A stretch of 64,000 bases of DNA, taken from NCBI RefSeq assembly GCF_009914755.1, contig NC_060944.1; one strand, given 5' to 3'. Of the stretch, positions 12,291-24,469 are shown piece by piece (position 1 is the first letter of the stretch; every line of letters starts with the position of its first letter). Made by a program: the position numbers and the translations under genes. Under the pieces are notes generated by a model. The model was given only the letters and a program-made list of their open reading frames with translations, had not been told where the DNA came from and made no database searches. This stretch comes from the human T2T-CHM13v2.0 reference genome, Homo sapiens.

Positions 12291-13189
12291 CCACCACGGG
12301 CCTCCTCCTGCACACACCGTCACTTGTGCATGCACACACCCGCTCACACTTCCACACACACACACACAGAGCACTCAGATACATAAAAGGGAAGAAGTGT
12401 GGATCACACAGAGGAAGAGACAGTCCCTCAGTCCATCAGGGAAGGTCCCCAGTAAAAATGACATTTGAGTTACGACTTGTCAGAGGAAAAGACAGAGAAA
12501 GTGGGGAAGGGTAGTCCAAGCATAGGGAACTGCAGGAGCAAAGGTGCGGAGGCGTGGAAGAGCACCAGGCACCCGAGGGCACTGGGATGGGAGAGGGATG
12601 GTGGCAGGGAGCAGAGACTGGATGACTCAGAGCCTGGGCTTACCCAGTGGGGAGCCAGTGAGAATGTGGGAGTGCCCCTATGGGACACTGTGGCTGAAAT
12701 GGGCTTGTGGGGCCTGGGACCCCACTGGGGGAAAGGGGGTCCCATTCCAGACACTGGTTTACAACCTCCTCACCTGGCTCTGTCCAGGGCGCCCTTTGGC
12801 AAGAGGCCAGAGACCATCTCAGCAGGCTCATGAATCATGAGGCTTTTGTAAGTGGCAGGGGCTTCGCCATTTTTCCCTCCAAGATTTCCCAATCCAAGGG
12901 GAAGGTGGGCTGGGGTTCCCCCAACCAAGGAGCAAGACTTACTGACCACGTTTTACGGATGGAGAAACTGAGATCCAGAGAGAGGAACGGGCTGAGCCTC
13001 AGTCACTCAGACCCAGGACCAGAACTCAGGCCTGCAGCCCCCAGGCTTAGCAGTACAATGCAGGCTGAGAGGGTCTGTGACTGCCAGCCCCACCTCAATC
13101 CAGGCCCTCCCTGAGCCCTCAGATGGAGGCCCTGCGCAGGTACCTCTGCAGGAAGGTCTGAGCAGGGTAAGGTGTTGCCCACTCCCACT

Positions 13190-13565
13190 CTGTCTGTCCC
13201 TTTACCACTCTTCTTCTCTGTCTTTACCTCTCTCTTTGTCCCTTGCTCATTTACTTGCTCTGTGTGTTTATGGCAGAGAGGGTGGGGTGGGGGTTGACTT
13301 TCTCTCTCTCCACTCTGTCTCTGCTTCTCCCATCTTACTGTGTCTTCGTCTCTCTCCTACTTTCTGTCTCTCTCTTTCTCACTCTCTTTTTTCTTTCTCT
13401 CTTTCCCTTTCCTCTCTCTCTCTCTCTCTCTCTCATTCTTGGTCTCTCTGTTACCCATCTTTGCCTTTCTGTCTTTCTTTTTCTCCCTCACATTCTCTAT
13501 TTGTCTCTTTCCCTGTCTCCCTCCCTTTTCTCTCCTCCCGCTTTCCTCTTTCTCTTTCTTTCTGT
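13190..13565. repeat. Polypyrimidine (TC-rich) low-complexity tract
   Basis: Mostly C/T on the + strand, including (TC)n at about 13412-13432. Confidence 0.9.
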
Positions 13566-13649
13566 CCATCCCAAGGCTGGTCCAGGGCTGGGATGCAGCC
13601 TCTTCCTTCCCCCAGCCCTTCAGCCTGACCAGACCCAGGCACCCCACAC

Positions 13650-13858
13650 CCACTAATCAAATCTGCGACCTGATTCAATTACACCCAGCAAAAATGCAGA
13701 CGTGTAACCTTGTTAATATCACATTTATTAGAGGGAGGGGAGGAGAAAATTAAGATAGACTTCGTGTTGCTGCTAATTAGAAAAATTGAGACTTTACATC
13801 TGCGTAGCGCTGAGCAACATGTGGTGGTAACAGATGTGGGCTCATTACACAGCTGCAC
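13650..13858. promoter_or_regulatory. Putative conserved enhancer (homeodomain + E-box)
   Basis: TAATCA, TGATTCAATTA, CTAATTAG, and E-boxes CATCTG, CATGTG, CAGATG, CAGCTG. Confidence 0.55.
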
Positions 13859-13999
13859 GGGGCGGGGATGGGGGCGGCAGGGTGGGGGTGTTGTGTGGAA
13901 AACATTCCCAAGCCAGCAGCATTCTCGAGCTGTAGCCCCCTCCACCCAGCGACCCAGGCCTGATTGACACCCTTAGGAAAGGCCAGGACCCAGGAGAGG

Positions 14000-14215
14000 A
14001 AGCGTGTGGGACAGCAGCTGAGAGCTCTGCCCTGGGGTCAAACCCTAACTCTAGCATAGATTAGCTGTGTGACTTGGCCCAGCCCTTAACCTCTCTGTGC
14101 CTTGGTGTCCTCATTTACAAAATGATACTATGGACCCCAGCCTCATGGGGCTGCAGTGTGGGAGGATGAAATGGAACAAAGCAAGTCACGTGCTGAGCAC
14201 AGGGTTTGCACATGC
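14000..14215 (+). mobile_element. MIR SINE
   Basis: tagctgtgtgacttggcccagcccttaacctctctgtgccttggtgtcctcatttacaaaatg. Confidence 0.8.
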
Positions 14216-14524
14216 CCAATTCAAATCATGGGTCCCTGAGGCCAGCTGCAGTGTGGAGGGCCAGCTGTGCTATCACAGTCATTGTCCAGCCCCCACTCAT
14301 GAACCTCACCACCCTAACCCTAACAAAGGCCAATAGGAGCCATGGCTCAGCCCCTCATCCCCTGGGGGCTTCATGGGTCTGAAACAGCCCCATCTCAGAG
14401 CTCTTCAAGCTTGGATCCTGGATTTCACTTACAGGGGAACCACGAAGGAACAACAAGATGCAGTAAAACCCCTACTTCTGGGGGCCCGTGGAGGGAGGAG
14501 GTGGAGGCTGGAGATGGCACTGGA

Positions 14525-14713
14525 CAGGGTTGCCGGATAAAGAAAAAAAGGAAAAAAAAATACAGGGTGTCCAGTTAAATTTGTATTTCAGATAAATAGC
14601 AAATTACTGTTTAGTGTATGTTCCATGCAATCTTTGAGACATACTTATGCTAAACAATGATTCATCTGAAATCCAAATTAATTGGGCATTATATATTTTC
14701 TCTAGCAAACCTA
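14525..14713. mobile_element. MER53 hAT MITE (palindromic)
   Basis: cagggttgcc...tacagggtgtccagttaaatttgtatttcagataaa...tctgaaatccaaattaattgggc...tctagcaaaccta. Confidence 0.88.
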
Positions 14714-15789
14714 AGTGGAATGTCTGTACACGCTGGAGCTGGGAGAGTACACAGGGCTCCCTTGAACCCCCTGGACATGGGCAACCAGCCATGGATGGGC
14801 TGGAGAGAGGACTAGTAATCTCTCCCTCCTTGTGCCAGCCCTAGGAGCTCAGCCCAGGCCCACTCCCTACCCCACAAACCCTCCATCAGAGCCAAGTGGA
14901 AAAGGACTCTGGCCCAGCTCGCTGCACCCCCAGATCCCTTCAGATTGTTGGTTCCTGGGACTGGGAGGAGCCCAGCTTCCACCTGCAGGCCAGCGTGGCA
15001 ATCAGAGCCATGACAGAGGAAGCGTGGAAGTTCATGAAATGTTGCCTCCTTGTCCCCCTCTGCCTCTCCCCACCTCTATGGCAAACTCTTCTGGCCTTGA
15101 GTCCCTTAATGGAGCATCCCTAAAGGCAGCTAGGAGCACAGGCCCCACAGAGCCCCTTTGGGGCTCACCATCCTATATATCTGCAGGCCTACACAGAAGG
15201 GACCCACAAAAGCAAAGGATGATCCGTTCCATGAACTATGAAAACTTCAGTGCTGAGGGGTCTCAGGGGAAGACAAAAGCTGCCCCCTACTTCCCCCCAG
15301 GCAGGGCTTTCCAGGCCTCCCAGCCTCTGGTTCCAGATTAGTCATAGCCAAAGGGCATGAGACGTGAAGCCAGGGGAGTCAAGCGAATGCCGTGGCTGAA
15401 GCCAGACGGTGATGTCAGGCCAGGGTAGGGAGGCTCAGGGTGGGCTTCCCCTGGATGTGTCTGTGAGGTGGTGGGCAGGGGCTGCTTAGGCAAAAGTCTC
15501 CCAAGGGGGGCCACACCACAGTCAGCCCAAACTAGTCCTCCACAGACACAAACTGAAGAGCCTGGGACCTCTCCATAGGGGAGCCCTGTCCTGGGCCCAG
15601 GAGGGGCTGCTGAAGTTTATTTACTATGTCTTGTACCCCGCAGAGTCTAGCACAGGATTTCATTTGGCAAGCACTTATTACATGCTGAGCACTGTTTTAA
15701 GGATTTGACAAATATCCACTCATTCGTTTTCCTAACAACTGCTGGTGGCTCTCCTCTTGCCCCACTCCCATCCTGCACCCAGCTCTAGT

Positions 15790-16203
15790 TTCTGACCTTC
15801 TCTGCCGTGTTCCATGTTCTGTGCAAGGGAAGCTGACCTCTACCTGCTGCATCACCCCCCACTCCCTCACCCCCAGCTGTAGTTTGGGTTCTGGGAGCCC
15901 ACCAGTTGTGACTCTAGCCATGACTGCATTTCTCTGTGGCTGCATATCTGAATGGGGCATGGAGGAGGGGTTCCAAGACTCCACTCTCATAGGCCTCCTG
16001 AAACAACCTTTCCTTCCCTTGCCCCTTCAGTCTGGCAGGAGGAGGGGGTCATCGTTTTCTGCTCTTGCTAACCGAGGTATGCCTCACCATCCCTTTCTGT
16101 TTCCTTAATTTGCCTTAATTTGAAAATTGTCCCTTTATAATGTTCTTTTTAGAGAAATCCTTTTGGATGTGCCATTTGTTTCCTGCCAAAATCCTGACTG
16201 ATC
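15790..16203 (+). mobile_element. LTR40/LTR41-like ERVL LTR
   Basis: ccttcccttgccccttcag...tgtgccatttgtttcctgccaaaatcctgactgat terminus. Confidence 0.6.
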
Positions 16204-16656
16204 TAAGAATCCTATGAGAGAGGTTACCATTATCACCCCCATTGAGAAGATGAGAAACTCAGACACAAAGAGTTCAGTAACTCACCCAAGAGCACACCAA
16301 GAGGTGACCACTCCTGGTCACCTAAAGCCCAGTTTCTTCTCCCCACACTCCCTTGGAACCCTCTTCACACAGGCTTTGTCCCTAGACTCCTTGGGTCCCT
16401 GTCTCACTCCAAAGGGCTGGGCTTCCAGCTGTCAGGTTCAGACCTTATCGGATCATTGAATAAATGAGAGCCCAATCCCTGGAGCAGGAAAGGCTTGGAA
16501 GATAAGATGCCACTACCTTATGGAGCTAGGATAGTGCAGGCCCATGCCCCCAGCCTCAGAATGAGGATCATAATGCCTATGACCAAGCTGGAGTCTAAGA
16601 GAGTCTTGTGAAAGGCCTGGCCAGCCACATGGTGATTCTTAACCATTATTTTAAAT

Positions 16657-16870
16657 CAGTAGTTCTCAACTAGGGCAGTTTTGCTCCCTGGAAGACATTT
16701 GGCAAGGTCTAGAGACATTTTTTATTATCAAAACTGGGGAGAGAAGATGCTACTGGCATCTAATGGATAGAGGCCAAGGATGCTGCTAAACATCCTACCA
16801 TGTACAGGACAGTCCTCCACAAGGAATTATCCCACCTGAAACGCCAACAGTGCCAAGATTGAGAAACTTA
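16657..16870 (+). mobile_element. MER20 hAT-Charlie DNA transposon
   Basis: cagtagttctcaactagggc...tgctactggcatctaatggatagaggccaaggatgctgctaaacatcctac...gattgagaaac. Confidence 0.9.
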
Positions 16871-17867
16871 GGTTACAGAATCTCAGGACTCATAGAGAAC
16901 ATTTGTTCTATTACATCTATTATAGATGAAGATACTGAGGACCCAAGAAGGCCTCAAAGTCACTGCCAGGTTAGAAATAGCCAGTATCCAAGTCCAAGTC
17001 CATATTTACCTCCAGAGTCTGGTACAGCACAGAGCAGGTGCTTGGCTTGACCCAGCATCTGGCTGCTTCTAGAAGGTCCTCAGCTTGTCATCAGCTGCCT
17101 CCCCCAACCAGGACAAGGTGAGATCTGGATGTGGGTCCTAGGGACTTTCTTCCCCTGGAAGATCTGAATGAGTCCAGAGAGCTTTCCTTCGGTAACCTCT
17201 CCCCTCCCTTCAAGAGCTCTTATCAAGAGCACACACACTTTCAGGCATAGCCTGAGCTGTGGCTACTTGGTTAATAGCCACAAGCTCATCCATAGGCCAG
17301 TTGGCCTCAAAGGGATCCCCTTGCAAAGCCCTGAATTTATTCTGACAGTGCTGCCAGTGGCCTTCGGAGTTTTACAGGAGGCCTTGTCAAGGGCAAACAT
17401 TGATCCTTTGAGAGGTGATGTGCCTTTGGAAACAGCTTCTGGCATCTAGTATGGTAAGCTCAATGGAGTACAGACTAGATCAGTCCTTCTCAGAAAAGTT
17501 CTAAGAAGGAGCCATATATGGAGGTGAAGGTTTTGTGAAGTGGTTTTGGAGGAGCTGATAGGGACCTAGGGTCACCTCTGGCTGGGACCACAGGCACAAG
17601 ATCCCATGCTAGGGATAGGGCCAGAGAACCAAGAGTGGAATGGGGACTCAGATAAGCAGAGCCTTTACTCATTGGCCAGAAGCAGAGTGTGCCAAAGACC
17701 AGCCCCCAAACCACCCACTCAATGGAAAGGAGAGGCCAGATATCTGTGGCTCAGCCTGTGGCCAAGAGTAAGGCGAGAATCTAAAGGACAGTTGAACCTT
17801 TGGGGGCCATCCAGCATCCATTCTCCTTTCTTTGAATAATGACATCAAAGGATTGCCTTTCAGGGAA

Positions 17868-18590
17868 GTGTGTAAGAAGTGAAATCAAAGGCCAAGAAGT
17901 CTTTAATGAAGGGACTACTTGCAGAGGTGCAGACAGTGTTAAGGAAACAAACACTGGCCCAAAACTAGCCCTAGTGGCAAGAAGTTACCACCTGTATTAG
18001 TCCATTTTCATACTGCTATGAAGAAATGCCCAAGACAATCATGGCAGAAGGCAAAAGAGGAGCAAAGGCACATCTTACATGGTGGCAGGAAAGAGAGCAT
18101 GTACAGGGAAACCACCCTTTTATAAAACCATCAGATCTTGTGAGACTTATTCACTATCAAGAGAACAGCAAGGGAAAAACCCACCCCCATGATTCAATTA
18201 CCTCCCACCAGGTACTTCCCATGATACATAGAAATTACAGGAGCTTCAATTCAAGATGAGATTTGAATGGGACACAGCCAAACCATAGCACCAACCTTAG
18301 GTCTGAAGGGAGAAATGCGACTATGGAGAGAGCCTGTCCAGCGGGACACAGAGTCAGATGGGGTCAATGACTCTAGAACTAGTGTAACACCAAGCAGGAA
18401 GGGAGTAGGGAATAGAGATCCCATCCTCTCTCCTCTTCCACCCTCTGATCTCCTGCCAATACCTCCCATTGGCCAAACTCAATGGGAAGCCACAGGGCAA
18501 GTCCAAGGGTGAGTCTTTTGGGGTACAGAGAATGGCAGAGAAACAAACTAGGAAGAAGGGGAGGAAAAATGAAGAATGAGCAGCACATCT
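17868..18590 (-). mobile_element. LTR40/41-like ERVL LTR, split by THE1
   Basis: tttaatgaagggactacttgcagagg...[THE1]...ccctctgatctcctgccaatacctcccattggccaaactcaatgggaagcc. Confidence 0.6.
17993..18290 (-). mobile_element. THE1/MSTA-type MaLR solo LTR with internal deletion
   Basis: tgtattagtccattttcatactgctatg...tcagatcttgtgagacttattcactatc...gacacagccaaaccatagca; TSD ccacc/ccaac. Confidence 0.9.
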
Positions 18591-18959
18591 GTCCTCTTTG
18601 ACTGACAGATGGGCAGTAATCCTAAATGAGGCTAATTAGACCTTGCTCCTCCATGATTTTTAATCCCAGCCAATAAGACAGAAGAACAGTGGGGTGGGAG
18701 GTGGGAAATAATCAATTTATTCCCATAGCAGTGCCCACACTACAGTCCACAGACTGGGTATGGTGAAAGGATGCCAGCCAAAAACTCTCATCCTGTCCTA
18801 TCCATTCTCCACCTTCAGTACCAAGTGGAGCTTGCCATGAGTGAGAGATGTCTTGGAGCAGCTCCCAGTGATGGCTTTATAACAGGGCTGCTTGGACACC
18901 TTAAATCACACTAATGAACCATGAGAACCCCCTGCATGGGGTGCTGGCAGGAGACCACA

Positions 18960-19200
18960 CCATTGCAATGGCAAGAGGGGAGACCTTTTTATTAGGTTTC
19001 CCCAGAAACTACTCGATAAATGCTTTTAGCATCTTTTTTAAATAAAAAAGAAATGAAATGTAAGGGGCATATTAGCGCTGCTCCCATTTTCAATTAGTCC
19101 AAATGATCATGTTAAAAGCTATTAATAAACCACCGCAAGTGGAGGTCACTGGTGGAGGAGTTCATCAGGGAGGAATTGGCAGCCCACAATGGAGTCTTAC
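18960..19200. promoter_or_regulatory. Putative enhancer island
   Basis: AT-rich with no repeat recognised; caattag, attaataaa, ttttatta. Confidence 0.4.
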
Positions 19201-20029
19201 GCACTGCTGAGGTCTCTCCTCACCCACTTTGCCTCAAAAGCCTCTGCCATGAGACCCACTACATTCCCACGATGTAGGGAAAGGCAGAACCACAGACTGG
19301 AAAAATCTGCTAAGATCTGAGCACCATGCCTGCTCAGGTCTGCAAAGACACAAGACCCTGGTTGGAAGTTAAATAATTGGCTGATTCTATCAGTTTTATC
19401 AGGCTCAGGTCATCCTTTGTGGTCCTACACAGTCTGTGCTGAAAAGGATCCTAGGGATTTTGCCCCTCATGGGGAAATGTGGCTTGATTGATTAGTGATG
19501 TCTGCCAGGGCAATGACTTAGAAGGTGGTGGCATGCTTGTCCTGTATCCACCATGCCTGCCTAAACCTGGTAGGAGAGGAACTCCCAGCAAATGGACAAA
19601 TGGACTCCCTTTGGTCCATTTGCTGTCCAAAGGCCAGCCCCCAAACCACCCACTCAATGGAAAGGAGAGGACAGATTCCAACTATGCTCAAGTGAGCCAA
19701 ACTCTTCCTACCTGCCTCCTTTCGTCCAGAGCCTTGCTTCTGGGCAGATAGGGCCCACGGGACAGGGACCTGGATTCAACATTTCTTCTCAAAGCACATC
19801 TGAGCACAAAGACTCAGTTTTATTGTTCCCAGCTATGCCAGAACTAAGATAAGGGATGGGATCTTTTTATCCTTTGTCTCAGAGACTTTCAGGCCAGGAT
19901 TGGTACTAACGTTCTCTGGTCTCCACTGGTATCACAGTCTGAGCCCCGTCTTCCCTGACTCAGGCAAGGGCTCTCCATGTTTCCTTGTCTCAGAATGGTC
20001 TCCACAGAGCACAGCCCTGGCCCTGAGCC

Positions 20030-20350
20030 TCTCCTGCTCCTGCTGAAGACCTCCCATGGTTCTCCAGTGTCTCCACATAAAGTTCCCCTCCCAGCCTCAC
20101 CTCTAGTCTCTCCCCATGTTCACCACGCCTTCCAGTCACTGCACTCCCTGTGTTCTCTGACAGTGGTGTGCGTGGAGACACCTCCAAGCCCTTCACTTGG
20201 AACAACCCTGTCCCCTCCACCCCGACAGCTAACTCCTGCTTATCCTTGAAGGTCCAACTCAAGAGATGACCTGCTCCCCCATGACCACTGTGATCCCCTA
20301 AGTCGGCACAAGCTGCTATCTGGGCTTCCAAAGCCCCTTGTACCTGGATC
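20030..20350 (+). mobile_element. L2 fragment
   Basis: tcctgctcctgctgaagacctcccatggttctcc...gctaactcctgcttatccttgaaggtccaactcaa. Confidence 0.55.
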
Positions 20351-20899
20351 CTCATTGTCCATTTGCAGATCTTCCCCACATGACTGTGGTGAACGACACA
20401 GACCACACCATCTGACACAAAAAGGGCAGTAAATTCCCCCACTGGATCCCAGAGGCAAGGCCTACACCGACCCTCACCCCCTGTCTCCCACACCCACCCA
20501 GCTGGGGACCCAACAAGAAGGGACACCAAAGGGACCCTAATGGTTCAAAGGGAGGTTTCAGAGGTCTCCCTAACTGGGACCACAGGGGCATTTTACCTGT
20601 TGTCCTTTGGCTACACCCCTAAAAAGGAAGAAGTCACCCCTGTGGTCTGGACTCAAGCTCCACAGTCCCCACACCCTCTTCTCCATCACTCACTCTACTT
20701 GTCAGAACAGAAAGCTGATTCCAAAGCTGAGAGAAGAGCTGCCCATGGGCCAGAGCCTGGGGACTAAGATGGAAGTAGATGGCCAAGCAGTGTGGCCCCC
20801 AAGAAGGACCCAGCCTGAGATGGACAAGAGCCCCATTCCTGGTTCCTAACAACTCCCACTCCCACCCCATGATTGATGGTGAGCAGATGCATCCTGCCC

Positions 20900-21210
20900 C
20901 CTCCCCTCTCCTCCTGTGGAGGTTTTTTTGTTAGGTTTTGCTAAAGCAACCTGCAAATTAATTTAATATCCTCCTTTGGTTGGGAGCTATGAAGCTGGGC
21001 TCGAGGCTGATGATGCATGAACCATCGGTGGCAAGTATTTAATCTCTGGACAATGGATAGAGATGTTAGTGCATGCCACACTAAATTCTATTTACGCTGC
21101 CTATTAAAGGCAGTCAAGCTGAAGGGAATCGGTGCACATTACAGGCCCTAATGGGAGAGGAAGCTCCACAACAGTACATTAAAGGCGGAAAATGAATTAG
21201 GAGGGGACTG
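20900..21210. promoter_or_regulatory. Putative enhancer island
   Basis: ctgcaaattaatttaata, ttaatct, ctattaaagg, gaattag, with retained CpGs. Confidence 0.5.
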
Positions 21211-22399
21211 TGGAGGAGAAAGCAGGCAGGCCGAGGGGCGGCCTGGATATAACTCTTCCTGACAGCCTAGCACACATGCCCAGCCCCACTGTTCAGATTT
21301 GCTGAGAAGAGAGGCTCCAGTGGCCCTCCCAAAGACCTTGACTGTGGGTACCACCCAACCTACATGGGAGTTCCTGTCCTGCAGGTGAAGAAAGAAAAGG
21401 GGTTGGAATGATCTCAGGCTACCAAGCCAGCCTCCTTGCACTCTCTAGGTGGGTCCATCTGAAGGCCTGGGGCATTCTTCATCTCCACAGGCTCACCAGT
21501 ACTTCTGGTCCTTCTACAGGCAGGAGGAAGCTGGCAATGACCAGAGGGAGTGGGTCTGTGTGCTGTTGCTGCTATCACATTATTGGGCAGACCTTGGGAA
21601 CAGTGGTTACAGTACAGGGGATTACGGCTACAGAGACTTTGGGCAAGCCATGTAATCTCTTTAAGCCCCAACTTCTTCCACTGAAGAGCCATAATAACGT
21701 ATACTTATTAATAATGTGTCACGAGGGCTTAAGTCTCCCTGGGTTTACACAGATCCTAAGTCCTCCTCTTTTCTGTCTTTCTCCCCTACAGTGTCTTGTC
21801 CCTTCAGAGCCCAGCATATGGCTGTGCACAGAGAGGGCATCGTCCCATGCTTGCTTGTTAAAGAGAGCATTTGCCTAAGGTCACCCAGCAGGTAAGCATC
21901 TCAACCAGCATTAGCACCAGATCCATCTGACTCTCATCACACCTCCCTCCCCAACACCCTTCTCCTAAGCAGGTGATTCCTGGGGTAGTTGGGAAAATCT
22001 GAGCAAATGTTTTGCCTTCAAAGCCAGACGGCAGAGTCTGGGGTCTGCAGGGGGTCCCCAGCTTCCTGCTTCCTGCAAAGTAGAGTGTGGAGCACAATTA
22101 AGCAGCCATAGATGTGGGACTTCAGAAAGAAGTGATGCCAGTCAGAGGATGGTATTGCTGGGCTATACAATTGGGAAGGGGAATCAGGACAAGATGGCAC
22201 AAGCTTCATCTAGCAGGGTGAAATGTTAACAGAGTACCCTCGTAGGAAGGTGTCCATGGTCACCCAAGCCCTGCACCCCCAGCACCTGCAAAATCTCAAG
22301 AAGGACCTGGGGTACTGGGAAGAGGACTAATGGCAGCCTTGGGGAACTACCCAAACTACCAGAAATGGATGTCTAAGTTGTTGCCTTCAGAACAAGTCC

Positions 22400-22812
22400 C
22401 AGCTCCTTAAATCATCTGTGGGCCTTACCGTCAGGCCTGCCACATGTCTCACCCCTCTATTACTTGACTCTATGTGCCAATAATACTGAACAACTCAGAG
22501 CTTCCAGAATACAATCTGCCATTTCACATCTTGCCTCTTCATTCACTGTTTCCTCTATTTGAAACACTTTACCCCACATCTCCTGGCCTATTCCTAGTTG
22601 TCCACTAGGACTCCACTATCTCCTCTAAGTCTTCCATGAACCCCAGGGGCCCACCGTGTATTCTGCTACAGTACCTTGTACTACCTCCATCATAGCACTT
22701 AGTGTATTATGTGATTAAAGTCAAGGTACATCTCCCTGGTTCATTCTATGTTTCCAGCTCCTAACATGAGACAGGCACTTGGTAAGGCCCAGTGAATATT
22801 TGTTGAACTGAA
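22400..22812 (+). mobile_element. L2 3' end
   Basis: ccatcatagcacttag...ccagctcctaacatgagacaggcacttggtaaggcccagtgaatatttgttgaa. Confidence 0.6.
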
Positions 22813-22989
22813 AGGAAACGACCATTTGTTCTGGTCACCCATTCTGAGCAGATGTACTATAGCCCTTGTCATTAATTTATACAACACCATAACCAGACAT
22901 AAAAGCTTCAGGTTATGTAGGCTATTCCATACCACTGTCACTAAGTAGCTGTACATGCCATGAAATGAAAGGATTACATATTTGCCATG

Positions 22990-23090
22990 CTTATTGTGAT
23001 GGTGAAGCCAAAGCAGTACTCAGAGGAAAATTTGTATTCTTGAAAGCATCCATTGAAGAACAAGAAGGACTAAAAATAAATATCTCAAAG
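22990..23090 (+). mobile_element. L1 ORF2 fragment
   Basis: gccaaagcagtactcagaggaaaatttgta resembles L1 ORF2 AKAVLRGKF. Confidence 0.6.
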
Positions 23091-23252
23091 GAAGTCTGGG
23101 TAAGCATGATGGACTGAAAATATATATCCAGCTTCCAAAATTTTGTCGCTATTGCCTTTCCTATTCTCCTCGTCTTTGTGGCTTATGCCCTTTAAAAAAA
23201 TCCCTTTGCTGTTGTTTCACTGGAAGTTTGGGGAGGAATTAGCACACCTGAC

Positions 23253-23691
23253 ATGGCTATGCAGAAACCACAAGAACGTGCCTTTCAGATCTCCAACTTC
23301 AGTGTAATTGATCAACTGCCCCAGGTGCTATGCTCTGACTCCACCACCGCATTCACTCCCAGCCTCTGGCTGAGCACAGCTGAGATAGTAAGGCAGGTCC
23401 GTTGTCGGGAGACATGAGAATCCTTTGACAGATGATTTTAGCTGGAGACTGCCTCATCAGCTTTGCTGAAACTTTCTTGGAACAGCGCAGCATTCTAATA
23501 GTTTTTTCTACCCAATCTTCCTCCCTTCCCTCTCTCCTCCAAAATGTTAGACATGCATCATAGTCTGACAGCTCTCCCAGCCTCCTCCAGCTTTCTCCCC
23601 ATTTTTCCTTCACAAGTGTTTTTCCCAATAAAGCTTTTGTGCATTTAATTCCACGTTGGTGTCTACTTCTTGAAGGGCCCAAACTGACACA
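23253..23691 (+). mobile_element. LTR33-like ERVL LTR
   Basis: ...tttcccaataaagcttttgtgcatttaattccacgttggtgtctacttcttgaagggcccaaactgacaca terminus. Confidence 0.75.
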
Positions 23692-24469
23692 TATGAAATA
23701 ACCGGATCCTAACCCAGCAGTGGGAGAGCTGAGAAACAACTTGATTCACTGGAATTTCTGAAAGGCTTAGGAATTAGAGGCATCCGGGAGCACTACAAAT
23801 AGGGAGTGGGAGACATTCTCAAAGAAGGAGAATCTATCAACAGTTTAGAAAAGTACCTGGCACACAGTAGTGGTTATATAAATGTTTGATGCATAAATAT
23901 AAACAAAATTGGTGTAAAATGTGTTTAAAAGCAGTCAGATCACTAGATGTTCTCCCCAACTCTTTCACAGGGAAGCAATTGCCCCTCCCTCCTCTCAGCA
24001 GATGGGTGGAGAATTTTTCTCCAGGGAGTTTAAGGCAAAGGACCAGGCACTGTTGAGAGCAGGGTTCCTTATGGAACATGGAATCAAGTGAACATTCACG
24101 CATTAAATGTTGACATCTCCCCGTGATTTTCTCTCAGTCAATTCTCAAAGCATTGACAGCCAAAATTTTACCTACAAGCAGGAGACTAAAATAATCTTAT
24201 CTAAGAATCCAACCAACCTAAAGAGATTTTAAAATTATGACCTCAGACAATGCTCCACAGGCATTGGTCACCCTGTGGGGAAGCTCAGAGTCAGCAAGCC
24301 CCACCCATGACAGTCAGCTGGTTTATCCTTCCTTTTTCAATCAGAACAAACTTCCAAGGATTAACAGACATCTGAGGAAGGCCCCTGACCCGGAAGATCA
24401 AAGGAAATGACTGCAGGGCAGGGAGCAACTAGGAAAAACAGAACTATGCTATTTAAGAAATGAAGAAAT

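Noticed and set aside
13077-13753. Leu/Ser/Phe-rich membrane-like ORFs
   Set aside because: Translation of the TC-rich tract
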